A DNA stretch of 64,000 nt from an uncultured delta proteobacterium. GTDB lineage: Bacteria; Desulfobacterota; Binatia; UBA9968. The stretch is from contig CAWJBB010000079.1 of assembly GCA_963840855.1 (NCBI GenBank), forward strand, positions 96,001-160,000, in the 5' to 3' direction. This document shows positions 44,740 through 55,108 of this stretch, in pieces; positions within the stretch are counted from its first letter, which is position 1, and each line of letters starts with the position of its first letter. The notes beneath the pieces were generated by a model. That model was not told the origin of the DNA, searched no databases, and was given only the letters and a program-made list of their open reading frames with translations. The position numbers and the translations under genes are program-made.

Positions 44740-45606
44740 ATGATTCTGGTTTTGCGCACCGCCTCGATGAGCGGTCTCCCCTTCTACATAGCAGAAGAAA
44801 AAGGCTTCTTTAACAGAGAAAACGTCCAGGTCCGCTGCATACATTCACACGATCCGAAGCGAAGAATAGTCCAATTACTGGCCGAGGGGGAAGTTGATTT
44901 CTATACCTCGATAAGCGCCATCGTGGAAGCGGTTACCCACGGCGTGAAAGTAAAAGCGCTGTGCGCCACGAGCAACTCGCGATATCCGTGCGCGGCCAGA
45001 GAGGAGATTCGGTCGTTTTCCGGTTTGAAAAATAAAAAAGTGATGGTGGGAGGCGGCAGGTCGCGCAACGAAGTTCTCTGGCTCTGCCGGCGCCTGGGTT
45101 GGCAACCGGATCAGGATCTGGAAATTGTCTCCGGAGATCTGTCCGAGCGCGCGCAGGCCTTCTCCGATCCCAGCTTTGCTGCCGTGTTCGGGCGGCCTCA
45201 GTACCTGTCCTGGCTCAAAAAAGGCGGGTTTCATCTTTTACCTTATCCGGACAAGGACGACGCCTGGCCCGAAGGGTGTCTCGCCACAAGTCAAGCACTG
45301 ATTGAGGAGAAGCCGGACGTCATACAAAAGGTTGTCAACGCGGTCGTTACGGCCACTGAGTACGCCAGAAGCCATAAAGAGGAAGCCCTAGCGGTTGCGA
45401 TGAACCATGTTGGCTATCTCGGAAAAGAGGCGGTTGAGGGAAATTATGAAGTGCTGCGCGAATGGTACTCCAACGATATTAGCGAGACTGCCATCGCTCA
45501 CATTGTGGAAGTACTTGAGCTCAAAAATGAGCCCGCCAAACAGCTCCGGCTGGAGGATTTTGCCGACCTTTCATTCTTGATGCAGACACGCAAAGGTTTG
45601 CGCTGA
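44740..45606 (+). CDS. SsuA/THI5-like SBP-fold protein without a signal peptide, copy 2
   Basis: GGGAG RBS; LPFYIAEEKGFF; ends DFADLSFL. Confidence 0.82.
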   Translation: MILVLRTASMSGLPFYIAEEKGFFNRENVQVRCIHSHDPKRRIVQLLAEGEVDFYTSISAIVEAVTHGVKVKALCATSNSRYPCAAREEIRSFSGLKNKKVMVGGGRSRNEVLWLCRRLGWQPDQDLEIVSGDLSERAQAFSDPSFAAVFGRPQYLSWLKKGGFHLLPYPDKDDAWPEGCLATSQALIEEKPDVIQKVVNAVVTATEYARSHKEEALAVAMNHVGYLGKEAVEGNYEVLREWYSNDISETAIAHIVEVLELKNEPAKQLRLEDFADLSFLMQTRKGLR

Positions 45607-45622
45607 TGAACTTGCCGTTGCG

Positions 45623-46609
45623 TTACGAAACTTCGACAAAATAGGGGATCGCGCGGATGGCCACGCTAAGCGCAAGGACGCCGAGAGAAGCCAGAGCGAA
45701 GGGATAAAACCAAGGCACTTGTTTGCCCAGGCTTTTCACGAGAAAAGTTCCCTTCTCGGTTCTGTTGATATTCGCGTAGGCTTCCTCGAGCTGCTTCGCG
45801 TCGCGCACGTCAAAGTAATTCCCCCCCGTGCCTTCCACCGCCGCAATCAACCTCGGCGCGTCGCGCGCTTTTTCCACTTCTACGCCGATAAAATGGATCT
45901 TGAATTTATCGTCCTTCGCCCGCGCGATGGCCTGATAGACATCGCGGCCGGTGTTGTTCTCGCCGTCGGTGAGAACGATCATCACCCTTCCTTTGTCGGC
46001 TCCTTTGGCGTCCCGCCCTTGCTTGGCGGCGAGGTCGAGGGAAGTCAGAATTCCTTCACCGATGGCCGTTTGGCCCTCGCTGGCGAGCATCTTGTTGTCG
46101 ACCAGTTGGAGATAACGCTGCACGTAAGCGGAATCGAAGGTCATCGGCGCCACAACGTAGCCATTTTCAGAGAACACGACCACCGCCAACCGGTCGTCGT
46201 GGCGCCGCTCCACGAAGGTGGCCATGGCTTCCTTGACGGCTCCCAGCCGGTCTTTTTCTTTTGTCCGAATACCCAGCCGTTGCCGTTCCAACGCGCCCCT
46301 GAGGTCGATGGGCTCCTGCATACTGGAAGAGAGATCGACGACCATGATGATATCGAGACCTTTTTTAGCGATGAAACGTTGCGACGCGGGGAGCACCGGG
46401 TCCAGGAGCGCCACGACCAGCAATCCCAATGACAGAAGCTCCAGGAAACGCGGCAGATAAACCAGGCGGGAAGCCGGGCGAATTCGCGTCTTGAGATAGT
46501 GCAATAGAGGGTGGGTGAAGTAGCTCCGCGGCCTGCGCCAGCGCACCGCCAAGACTAACACGATGAGCGGAATGAGAACCCACAGCAGATCCAAACGGGC
46601 AAACTTCAT
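45623..46609 (-). CDS. vWA domain protein (BatA/MxaC-like), duplicate copy
   Basis: N-terminal TM segments, MIDAS DLSSSM, TAIGEG, LTDGENN, C-terminal TM. Confidence 0.88.
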   Translation of the reverse strand: MKFARLDLLWVLIPLIVLVLAVRWRRPRSYFTHPLLHYLKTRIRPASRLVYLPRFLELLSLGLLVVALLDPVLPASQRFIAKKGLDIIMVVDLSSSMQEPIDLRGALERQRLGIRTKEKDRLGAVKEAMATFVERRHDDRLAVVVFSENGYVVAPMTFDSAYVQRYLQLVDNKMLASEGQTAIGEGILTSLDLAAKQGRDAKGADKGRVMIVLTDGENNTGRDVYQAIARAKDDKFKIHFIGVEVEKARDAPRLIAAVEGTGGNYFDVRDAKQLEEAYANINRTEKGTFLVKSLGKQVPWFYPFALASLGVLALSVAIRAIPYFVEVS

Positions 46610-46619
46610 GTCGTGGCCT

Positions 46620-47690
46620 TTATATGCGCAGCCTTTGGGTCAACTTGCCAAGCTCGCCTTGAACCTCATCTCGCCAATCTCTTCCCAAATCTGCGCCCCG
46701 CCTTGTGTAAAGCACCTGCTCGCATCTCTCGAGCAGGGTTTTGATCGGCGCTCCCAAGCCCTCTTGCCCGTGGTTTTTTAAAGCGCTGGCAACCTCATCT
46801 GGAGTCAGGCTTGAGACATCGATTTCCAGCGATTGACCGAGATACTCGCGCATGAACCGGGAGACTTCGGCATAGAACCGCAGCTGATCTTCGGCGGAAT
46901 CCCGGCCCATCGTTTGAGTAGCGCGCAAGAAATCCTGCAGCATTCGGGCCTTGGCCCGCCGGGTCAAGTGTCGCGTTTTGGGTTTCTCCGTGGACGACGA
47001 TGTCCAGAGGCGCCGGGTGAATTGCACGGCTAAAAAAATCATCCCCGCCAAACCGAGCGCCAGGGCGGCCATCCATCGCTCGGGGCCGGCCCGCGAGATG
47101 ACTCTGCTGTCACGGGGCCTAAGGGCATCGGCGGTCAAAGTCGAACGGAGGCCAACTCGGGTCGCGGGCACGGGAAAAGATTCCGCGAGAGTATCTCCAC
47201 CCTTCTCTGATCCCGCTTTGAGCGTAAAGTAATATAGGACGAAGGAAGGAATTCGTAGCTCGGCTTGCCCGCTCTCGTAGGTAGCGAGTAGAAGAATAAC
47301 CTCGGTAACTTTCTTGTCGGCGCCGAATGCGCTATGACGCACGGCAACTTCGCGCACCACGAATGGCGCCAGATTCAAGCTCTCCTTTTTCAAAGGTTCC
47401 AAAACAATTTCGATGTTAGGATCATGGATAGCCCTCACGGTGTAGTGGAACAGGTCGCCAACCCAGACAGCAGTTTTATCCAAATGAGTCGAGACGGCGA
47501 TTTTACTCGTCTTGACCTTTTTCTCCACCGGTGCGGCGCCCAGCGTCGTTAAAGCGAGTAGCAACAATAGAAGGCGCAAGGCGTGAGGCGCAAGGCGTGT
47601 CTTTATCGTGGTTCGTGTTCGTGATTCGTGTTCACCCGAGCACGAGAAACGAGCACGATTTCCACGAGATGATTGAGCGTAACGAATCAT
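46620..47690 (-). CDS. Exported/membrane protein (MxaA/BatD-like), duplicate copy
   Basis: Signal-like LLLLLLALTTLGA, DKTAVWVGD..YTV, internal TM, ..REYL..SLT.DE tail. Start codon uncertain. Confidence 0.7.
   Translation of the reverse strand: MIRYAQSSRGNRARFSCSGEHESRTRTTIKTRLAPHALRLLLLLLALTTLGAAPVEKKVKTSKIAVSTHLDKTAVWVGDLFHYTVRAIHDPNIEIVLEPLKKESLNLAPFVVREVAVRHSAFGADKKVTEVILLLATYESGQAELRIPSFVLYYFTLKAGSEKGGDTLAESFPVPATRVGLRSTLTADALRPRDSRVISRAGPERWMAALALGLAGMIFLAVQFTRRLWTSSSTEKPKTRHLTRRAKARMLQDFLRATQTMGRDSAEDQLRFYAEVSRFMREYLGQSLEIDVSSLTPDEVASALKNHGQEGLGAPIKTLLERCEQVLYTRRGADLGRDWRDEVQGELGKLTQRLRI
47571..47667. repeat. AAGGCG heptamer run plus TTCGTG/CACGA hexamer palindrome (also at 54064-54160)
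   Basis: aaggcgc-aaggcgt-gaggcgc-aaggcgt; tcgtggttcgtgttcgtgattcgtg...gagcacgagaaacgagcacga. Confidence 0.75.
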
Positions 47691-47730
47691 ATGACTTTTT
47701 TTCAGGCGCCTGCCGGTGATACGACCTTAT

Positions 47731-48615
47731 TCATCGACGCCTCTTGCGAGCAAGAAAGAAACCGATCAGCGGGTCCAGATAGGGTTTTCCGGGATGAAGA
47801 AACAGATGGTCTAAGCCCATGGTGTAAAGAGCGCGCTCCAGCACGACCCGTCGTTCCAGCATCATGGACCGGTAGAGATCCTTATTCTTCCTGGTCAGGT
47901 TGAGAACTATTCCAGCGCCCGATTCCGCGTCGCGCAGGCGCGCGAAGCCGCGCCCGCCGGGCAAGGCCTCCTCCCAGTTGTCCGCGACGATGAGGGGAAT
48001 GAGATCGTGCTTGCGCGCGATATGCCTGAGCGCATGGCCATGCAAGGCCTCTTCCGCCTCAATGAAGTCCGAGATCAAAAAAATCAAGGCCGAGGTCCTG
48101 AGCTTGCCGAACAAATGCGCGAATGGGAGTGAAAAATCGGTCTTGACCGAGCTTGGTTTGACATCCCACAGGGATTCTAAAATCTGCCAGATTTGTCTGG
48201 AGCCCGCCTTGAGCGGGATATCCAATTCGATTCTGTCGGTGAATCCCAGCAAGCCGACCTTCATATTGTCGCCAGTGGCGGAAAAAGCCAGGATCGCGGC
48301 GACCCGCACGAGCAGCTCCCGTTTCGATTGGTCCACGCTGGCAAATTCCATCGACCGTGACAGGTCCGCGATGATGATGGCGCTCAACTCCTTCTCTTCG
48401 AAGTCCTTCTTCACGAACGGGTAGCGCATGCGCGCGGTGGCATTCCAGTCGATCTGCCGGTAATCATCGCCTTGTTGGTAAGGCTTGTGCTGGTCGAATT
48501 CGAAGCCTCTACCGCGCAGCGGGCTGCGATAGTCTCCCACCCGGTGATCCCGCACCGCCCGGCGCGTATAAATCTCGATGTAGCGCAACTCTTCCATCAA
48601 CGCTCTAGGGATCAT
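47731..48615 (-). CDS. DUF58 family protein (MxaS-like), duplicate copy
   Basis: GRGFEFDQHKPYQQGDDYRQIDWNATAR, DLSRSM, ISDF. Confidence 0.9.
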   Translation of the reverse strand: MIPRALMEELRYIEIYTRRAVRDHRVGDYRSPLRGRGFEFDQHKPYQQGDDYRQIDWNATARMRYPFVKKDFEEKELSAIIIADLSRSMEFASVDQSKRELLVRVAAILAFSATGDNMKVGLLGFTDRIELDIPLKAGSRQIWQILESLWDVKPSSVKTDFSLPFAHLFGKLRTSALIFLISDFIEAEEALHGHALRHIARKHDLIPLIVADNWEEALPGGRGFARLRDAESGAGIVLNLTRKNKDLYRSMMLERRVVLERALYTMGLDHLFLHPGKPYLDPLIGFFLARKRRR

Positions 48616-48623
48616 ATTTATTA

Positions 48624-48900
48624 TTCACCGCGACGGACACGACGAGCACGAAGGGTTCGCAATACGGGACGGTCGCGACCGTCCCCTACTTTGTGACCTT
48701 TGTACTACTATGTTTAAGAGTTTTCGCGGCTCGCGCAAATTCTTTGTTGCCCTTATCCTAAATTGTGGAATTCAGAAGACAATACGGTATCACCACGAAG
48801 GCACGAAGGACACGAAGGGTTCGGATATTTATACTCTTAAACTTCGTGAACTTCGTGCCTTCGTGGTGAGTCCCCTCGTCTTGTGCCTTTTGTGGTTGAA
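48624..48900. repeat. Nested cluster of palindromic elements (also at 55117-55393)
   Basis: CACGAAG-family arms at 48624-48660 and 48790-48869; REP-like GGGACGGTCGCGACCGTCCC at 48666-48685. Confidence 0.8.
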
Positions 48901-48915
48901 TCTCTTGTTCTCTTT

Positions 48916-49938
48916 CTATGGGACCGCGACTTTTGCCAATAATTCCTCAACGATTTCGTCCGGCGAGATGTTTTCCGCCTCCGCGCGCACGGTGCGGATC
49001 AAGCGGTGGCGCAGGGCGTCCGGAGCAATGCGCTTGACATCGGCGGGAAGAACGAAATCCCGGCCCGCGAAGAAGGCGGTGGTGCGCGCCAGCGCGAGAA
49101 GATGCTGCGCCGCCCGCGGCGACGCGCCATGAAGAACCATTTCACTGATCACGGGCAGGCTCATCGCCATCCCGTTGCGCGTGGCGCGGACGATGCGGAT
49201 GACATACTCTCTGATGGCATCGCTGACGAAGGTTTCCCCGCCGATGCGCTTGCGCAAGCGGATCACGTCGGCGGGCGCCATGACGGCCCTTACGGTCAAT
49301 TGGCTCAAGTTGCGCGCGAGCATCGCGGCCTCGTCCGCATGGGTCGGATAGTCGACCTTCACTTTCAAGGAAAATCGGTCCACTTGAGCTTCGGGGAGAG
49401 CGTAGACGCCTTCTTGTTCAATGGGATTTTGCGTCGCCAAGACCCAAAAGGGTTCATCCAGAGGATAGGTCGTCTCGCCGATGGTGACTTGCCGTTCCTG
49501 CATCGCTTCCAAAAGCGCGCTCTGGGTTTTCTGCGTGGCGCGATTGATCTCGTCGGCCAAAATCAAGTTGGCGAAGATCGGTCCCTTTTCGGTGCGGAAC
49601 GTGCCTAGGGCAATATCAAAAATTCGCGTGCCGATGATGTCGGCGGGGAGCAGGTCCGGCGTGAACTGAATGCGTTGAAACCTGGCGCTGATCGTGTTGG
49701 CAAGGGTCATCACCGTCAGGGTCTTGGCCAGCCCGGGCACTCCCTCCAGCAGCACATGGCCGTAGCCCGATTTCTCCTCCTCGTCGCGCTTGAATGAATA
49801 AGGTATCTCCGAGAACAAACCGATCAGCAGGCGTTGAATCAGCCATTCCTGGCCCACGATCACCTTGTTGATCTCTTGCGCCACCGCCTGGATGGCTTCG
49901 AAGGCCTGCTCTCGGTCTATGTTTTCGCGCGTGTCCAC
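48916..49938 (-). CDS. moxR: MoxR family AAA+ ATPase, duplicate copy
   Basis: HVLLEGVPGLAKT, RIQFTPDLLPAD, LADEINRA..KTQSALLEAMQE, ATQNP, GASPRA. GTG start at 49938. Confidence 0.9.
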   Translation of the reverse strand: MDTRENIDREQAFEAIQAVAQEINKVIVGQEWLIQRLLIGLFSEIPYSFKRDEEEKSGYGHVLLEGVPGLAKTLTVMTLANTISARFQRIQFTPDLLPADIIGTRIFDIALGTFRTEKGPIFANLILADEINRATQKTQSALLEAMQERQVTIGETTYPLDEPFWVLATQNPIEQEGVYALPEAQVDRFSLKVKVDYPTHADEAAMLARNLSQLTVRAVMAPADVIRLRKRIGGETFVSDAIREYVIRIVRATRNGMAMSLPVISEMVLHGASPRAAQHLLALARTTAFFAGRDFVLPADVKRIAPDALRHRLIRTVRAEAENISPDEIVEELLAKVAVP

Positions 49939-49940
49939 GG

Positions 49941-50546
49941 CTACGAACCTGAAATTAACAGCGTCAAAAAAAGATGCCGGCCGCGGCCAGCAAAAAGCCA
50001 TGATAAAAGTCCTGGTATTCGATGACTTTTCTGAAGCCGGTGATATCGCGCTCTTTGAGAACGATTTCAGAAAAAGTCTTATCCAGCTCGAAACCGCTGA
50101 GAGATCGGTAAAACTTCCCTCCAGTCTTGTCCGCGATCCAGTGCAGGGTGCGCTCATCGAAACGAGTGATGATTCTTTTACCCTGGTCGTCCTCGAGGTA
50201 AACAGGACGGCCGCTCTCGTACGCAATCGGTATCGGCGCGCCTTCCACGGAGCCTACGCCGACGGTATGGACCTTGACTCCTTGTTCTTTCACCGCGTCA
50301 ACCGCCCCATCGAGCTCCGCGCTGTTGTCCTCGCCGTCGGAAAGCAGGATAAAGACCTTCTTGTTGCGCGCCGCTGCAGGGTACACTTCGGCTTCTTTGC
50401 GAATCACGGTAAGACCATTTCTGAGCCCGCGCCCGATATTGGTTCCATGGCTCACGCTGGTGTCTTCTTTCAGATAGTCGAGATAATAGAGAATATTGTT
50501 GGCGTCTTCAGTCAGGTAGGAGATGATCACGCTGCCGCCGGCAAAC
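49941..50546 (-). pseudogene. 5'-truncated duplicate of the BatB/MxaL-like vWA gene
   Basis: Matches 56434-57040; cut at the junction, with an A7 versus A8 homopolymer frameshift near 49970. Confidence 0.85.
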
Positions 50547-51209
50547 AAGAATCGCAACGTCGCGGCATTGACCGCCAACACACAAGTAGGCGTAGCCTTC
50601 AATAAAAACCTCATCGCTGCCGAGAAAACACCCAATACCTGGGAAGATTATCTAAAACCCGAGTTCAAAGGAAAAAAGTTTGTCGCTGATGTCAGGCCCA
50701 CAGAGATCGCGGCGCTGGTGCCTGCATGGGGATTGGAAAAGACTGTCGACTACGCGCGCAAGCTGGCCGCCCAGCAACCGGTGTGGGTGCGTGGCACCAC
50801 CAGGGCGACCATGGCCGTATTTGCCGGAGAGTATCCCATGTTCATAGGGGGCAATTACAAATCCATCCGGCGAGCGCAGCAAAAGGATCGCGCCGGCGTG
50901 CTACACTACAAGCTCCTGGAACCGATCCCTGTGCGCCCCGCCGAGCCTTTCGGGGTGATCGCCACAAGTGGCAATCCGCATACGGCGTTACTATGGATTG
51001 AATTCGTGGCTACAGCGGAAGGTCAAAAAATTATCGATGACTTTGATCCCTTCGGAGCATCCATTTACGCGCCGAACTCGATACAAGGCCAGGAGATCAA
51101 AGGCAAGAAGGTGTCATTGGTGGACTGGGAGTATTATACGCTGCTGGGCGAATATCAGGACAAAATCGTCGCCGCTTATGGCTTTCCCAAGGCCGACCCC
51201 CAAAAATAG
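50547..51209 (+). pseudogene. 5'-truncated duplicate of the 42121 solute-binding protein
   Basis: Starts at the position equivalent to 42583. Confidence 0.85.
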
Positions 51210-51232
51210 AAGAACCGAAAAAGGGAGCGAAA

Positions 51233-52099
51233 ATGATTCTGGTTTTGCGCACCGCCTCGATGAGCGGTCTCCCCTTCTACATAGCAGAAGAAAAAGGCTT
51301 CTTTAACAGAGAAAACGTCCAGGTCCGCTGCATACATTCACACGATCCGAAGCGAAGAATAGTCCAATTACTGGCCGAGGGGGAAGTTGATTTCTATACC
51401 TCGATAAGCGCCATCGTGGAAGCGGTTACCCACGGCGTGAAAGTAAAAGCGCTGTGCGCCACGAGCAACTCGCGATATCCGTGCGCGGCCAGAGAGGAGA
51501 TTCGGTCGTTTTCCGGTTTGAAAAATAAAAAAGTGATGGTGGGAGGCGGCAGGTCGCGCAACGAAGTTCTCTGGCTCTGCCGGCGCCTGGGTTGGCAACC
51601 GGATCAGGATCTGGAAATTGTCTCCGGAGATCTGTCCGAGCGCGCGCAGGCCTTCTCCGATCCCAGCTTTGCTGCCGTGTTCGGGCGGCCTCAGTACCTG
51701 TCCTGGCTCAAAAAAGGCGGGTTTCATCTTTTACCTTATCCGGACAAGGACGACGCCTGGCCCGAAGGGTGTCTCGCCACAAGTCAAGCACTGATTGAGG
51801 AGAAGCCGGACGTCATACAAAAGGTTGTCAACGCGGTCGTTACGGCCACTGAGTACGCCAGAAGCCATAAAGAGGAAGCCCTAGCGGTTGCGATGAACCA
51901 TGTTGGCTATCTCGGAAAAGAGGCGGTTGAGGGAAATTATGAAGTGCTGCGCGAATGGTACTCCAACGATATTAGCGAGACTGCCATCGCTCACATTGTG
52001 GAAGTACTTGAGCTCAAAAATGAGCCCGCCAAACAGCTCCGGCTGGAGGATTTTGCCGACCTTTCATTCTTGATGCAGACACGCAAAGGTTTGCGCTGA
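51233..52099 (+). CDS. SsuA/THI5-like SBP-fold protein, copy 3
   Basis: Protein identical to 44740-45606. Confidence 0.82.
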   Translation: MILVLRTASMSGLPFYIAEEKGFFNRENVQVRCIHSHDPKRRIVQLLAEGEVDFYTSISAIVEAVTHGVKVKALCATSNSRYPCAAREEIRSFSGLKNKKVMVGGGRSRNEVLWLCRRLGWQPDQDLEIVSGDLSERAQAFSDPSFAAVFGRPQYLSWLKKGGFHLLPYPDKDDAWPEGCLATSQALIEEKPDVIQKVVNAVVTATEYARSHKEEALAVAMNHVGYLGKEAVEGNYEVLREWYSNDISETAIAHIVEVLELKNEPAKQLRLEDFADLSFLMQTRKGLR

Positions 52100-52115
52100 T
52101 GAACTTGCCGTTGCG

Positions 52116-53102
52116 TTACGAAACTTCGACAAAATAGGGGATCGCGCGGATGGCCACGCTAAGCGCAAGGACGCCGAGAGAAGCCAGAGCGAAGGGATAA
52201 AACCAAGGCACTTGTTTGCCCAGGCTTTTCACGAGAAAAGTTCCCTTCTCGGTTCTGTTGATATTCGCGTAGGCTTCCTCGAGCTGCTTCGCGTCGCGCA
52301 CGTCAAAGTAATTCCCCCCCGTGCCTTCCACCGCCGCAATCAACCGCGGCGCGTCGCGCGCTTTTTCCACTTCTACGCCGATAAAATGGATCTTGAATTT
52401 ATCGTCCTTCGCCCGCGCGATGGCCTGATAGACATCGCGGCCGGTGTTGTTCTCGCCGTCGGTGAGAACGATCATCACCCTTCCTTTGTCGGCTCCTTTG
52501 GCGTCCCGCCCTTGCTTGGCGGCGAGGTCGAGGGAAGTCAGAATTCCTTCACCGATGGCCGTTTGGCCCTCGCTGGCGAGCATCTTGTTGTCGACCAGTT
52601 GGAGATAACGCTGCACGTAAGCGGAATCGAAGGTCATCGGCGCCACAACGTAGCCATTTTCAGAGAACACGACCACCGCCAACCGGTCGTCGTGGCGCCG
52701 CTCCACGAAGGTGGCCATAGCTTCCTTGACGGCTCCCAGCCGGTCTTTTTCTTTTGTCCGAATACCCAGCCGTTGCCGTTCCAACGCGCCCCTGAGGTCT
52801 ATGGGCTCCTGCATACTGGAAGAGAGATCGACGACCATGATGATATCGAGACCTTTTTTAGCGATGAAACGTTGCGACGCGGGGAGCACCGGGTCCAGGA
52901 GCGCCACGACCAGCAATCCCAATGACAGAAGCTCCAGGAAACGCGGCAGATAAACCAGGCGGGAAGCCGGGCGAATTCGCGTCTTGAGATAGTGCAATAG
53001 AGGGTGGGTGAAGTAGCTCCGCGACCTGCGCCAGCGCACCGCCAAGACTAACACGATGAGCGGAATGAGAACCCACAGCAGATCCAAACGGGCAAACTTC
53101 AT
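52116..53102 (-). CDS. vWA domain protein (BatA/MxaC-like)
   Basis: MIDAS DLSSSM, T and D ligands (TAIGEG, LTDGE); TM anchors at both ends. Confidence 0.88.
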   Translation of the reverse strand: MKFARLDLLWVLIPLIVLVLAVRWRRSRSYFTHPLLHYLKTRIRPASRLVYLPRFLELLSLGLLVVALLDPVLPASQRFIAKKGLDIIMVVDLSSSMQEPIDLRGALERQRLGIRTKEKDRLGAVKEAMATFVERRHDDRLAVVVFSENGYVVAPMTFDSAYVQRYLQLVDNKMLASEGQTAIGEGILTSLDLAAKQGRDAKGADKGRVMIVLTDGENNTGRDVYQAIARAKDDKFKIHFIGVEVEKARDAPRLIAAVEGTGGNYFDVRDAKQLEEAYANINRTEKGTFLVKSLGKQVPWFYPFALASLGVLALSVAIRAIPYFVEVS

Positions 53103-53112
53103 GTCGTGGCCT

Positions 53113-54183
53113 TTATATGCGCAGCCTTTGGGTCAACTTGCCAAGCTCGCCTTGAACCTCATCTCGCCAATCTCTTCCCAAATCTGCGCCCCGCCTTGTG
53201 TAAAGCACCTGCTCGCATCTCTCGAGCAGGGTTTTGATCGGCGCTCCCAACCCCTCTTGCCCGTGGTTTTTTAAAGCGCTGGCAACCTCATCTGGAGTCA
53301 GGCTTGAGACATCGATTTCCAGCGATTGACCGAGATACTCGCGCATGAACCGGGAGACTTCGGCATAGAACCGCAGCTGATCTTCGGCGGAATCCCGGCC
53401 CATCGTTTGAGTAGCGCGCAAGAAATCCTGCAGCATTCGGGCCTTGGCCCGCCGGGTCAAGTGTCGCGTTTTGGGTTTCTCCGTGGACGACGATGTCCAG
53501 AGGCGCCGGGTGAATTGCACGGCTAAAAAAATCATCCCCGCCAAACCGAGCGCCAGGGCGGCCATCCATCGCTCGGGGCCAGCCCGCGAGATGACTCTGC
53601 TGTCACGGGGCCTAAGGGCATCGGCGGTCAAAGTCGAACGGAGGCCAACTCGGGTCGCGGGCACGGGAAAAGATTCCGCGAGAGTATCTCCACCCTTCTC
53701 TGATCCCGCTTTGAGCGTAAAGTAATATAGGACGAAGGAAGGAATTCGTAGCTCGGCTTGCCCGCTCTCGTAGGTAGCGAGTAGAAGAATAACCTCGGTA
53801 ACTTTCTTGTCGGCGCCGAATGCGCCATGACGCACGGCAACTTCGCGCACCACGAATGGCGCCAGATTCAAGCTCTCCTTTTTCAAAGGTTCCAAAACAA
53901 TTTCGATGTTAGGATCATGGATAGCCCTCACGGTGTAGTGGAACAGGTCGCCAACCCAGACAGCAGTTTTATCCAAATGAGTCGAGACGGCGATTTTACT
54001 CGTCTTGACCTTTTTCTCCACCGGTGCGGCGCCCAGCGTCGTTAAAGCGAGTAGCAACAATAGAAGGCGCAAGGCGTGAGGCGCAAGGCGTGTCTTTATC
54101 GTGGTTCGTGTTCGTGATTCGTGTTCACCCGAGCACGAGAAACGAGCACGATTTCCACGAGATGATTGAGCGTAACGAATCAT
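53113..54183 (-). CDS. Exported/membrane protein (MxaA/BatD-like)
   Basis: As for 46620; sits between DUF58 and vWA, the usual position in MoxR operons. Confidence 0.7.
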   Translation of the reverse strand: MIRYAQSSRGNRARFSCSGEHESRTRTTIKTRLAPHALRLLLLLLALTTLGAAPVEKKVKTSKIAVSTHLDKTAVWVGDLFHYTVRAIHDPNIEIVLEPLKKESLNLAPFVVREVAVRHGAFGADKKVTEVILLLATYESGQAELRIPSFVLYYFTLKAGSEKGGDTLAESFPVPATRVGLRSTLTADALRPRDSRVISRAGPERWMAALALGLAGMIFLAVQFTRRLWTSSSTEKPKTRHLTRRAKARMLQDFLRATQTMGRDSAEDQLRFYAEVSRFMREYLGQSLEIDVSSLTPDEVASALKNHGQEGLGAPIKTLLERCEQVLYTRRGADLGRDWRDEVQGELGKLTQRLRI

Positions 54184-54223
54184 ATGACTTTTTTTCAGGC
54201 GCCCGCCGGTGATACGACCTTAT

Positions 54224-55108
54224 TCATCGACGCCTCTTGCGAGCAAGAAAGAAACCGATCAGCGGGTCCAGATAGGGTTTTCCGGGATGAAGAAACAGAT
54301 GGTCTAAGCCCATGGTGTAAAGAGCGCGCTCCAGCACGACCCGTCGTTCCAGCATCATGGACCGGTAGAGATCCTTATTCTTCCTGGTCAGGTTGAGAAC
54401 TATTCCAGCGCCAGATTCCGCGTCGCGCAGGCGCGCGAAGCCGCGCCCGCCGGGCAAGGCCTCCTCCCAGTTGTCCGCGACGATGAGGGGAATGAGATCG
54501 TGCTTGCGCGCGATATGCCTGAGCGCATGGCCATGCAAGGCCTCTTCCGCCTCAATGAAGTCCGAGATCAAAAAAATCAAGGCCGAGGTCCTAAGCTTGC
54601 CGAACAAATGCGCGAATGGGAGTGAAAAATCGGTCTTGACCGAGCTTGGTTTGACATCCCACAGGGATTCTAAAATCTGCCAGATTTGTCTGGAGCCCGC
54701 CTTGACCGGGATATCCAATTCGATTCTGTCGGTGAATCCCAGCAAGCCGACCTTCATATTGTCGCCAGTGGCGGAAAAAGCCAGGATCGCGGCGACCCGC
54801 ACGAGCAGCTCCCGTTTCGATTGGTCCACGCTGGCAAATTCCATCGACCGTGACAGGTCCGCGATGATGATGGCGCTCAACTCCTTCTCTTCGAAGTCCT
54901 TCTTCACGAACGGGTAGCGCATGCGCGCGGTGGCATTCCAGTCGATCTGCCGGTAATCATCGCCTTGTTGGTAAGGCTTGTGCTGGTCGAATTCGAAGCC
55001 TCTACCGCGCAGCGGGCTGCGATAGTCTCCCACCCGGTGATCCCGCACCGCCCGGCGCGTATAAATCTCGATGTAGCGCAACTCTTCCATCAACGCTCTA
55101 GGGATCAT
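54224..55108 (-). CDS. DUF58 family protein (MxaS-like)
   Basis: G.EF...Y..GDD.R.IDWNATAR signature. Confidence 0.9.
   Translation of the reverse strand: MIPRALMEELRYIEIYTRRAVRDHRVGDYRSPLRGRGFEFDQHKPYQQGDDYRQIDWNATARMRYPFVKKDFEEKELSAIIIADLSRSMEFASVDQSKRELLVRVAAILAFSATGDNMKVGLLGFTDRIELDIPVKAGSRQIWQILESLWDVKPSSVKTDFSLPFAHLFGKLRTSALIFLISDFIEAEEALHGHALRHIARKHDLIPLIVADNWEEALPGGRGFARLRDAESGAGIVLNLTRKNKDLYRSMMLERRVVLERALYTMGLDHLFLHPGKPYLDPLIGFFLARKRRR

Noticed and set aside
48916-51209. Apparent novel fusion ORFs 48916..50226, 49964..50635 and 50523..51209
   Set aside because: They arise from the duplication junction and an A7/A8 indel; the intact copy shows separate genes.
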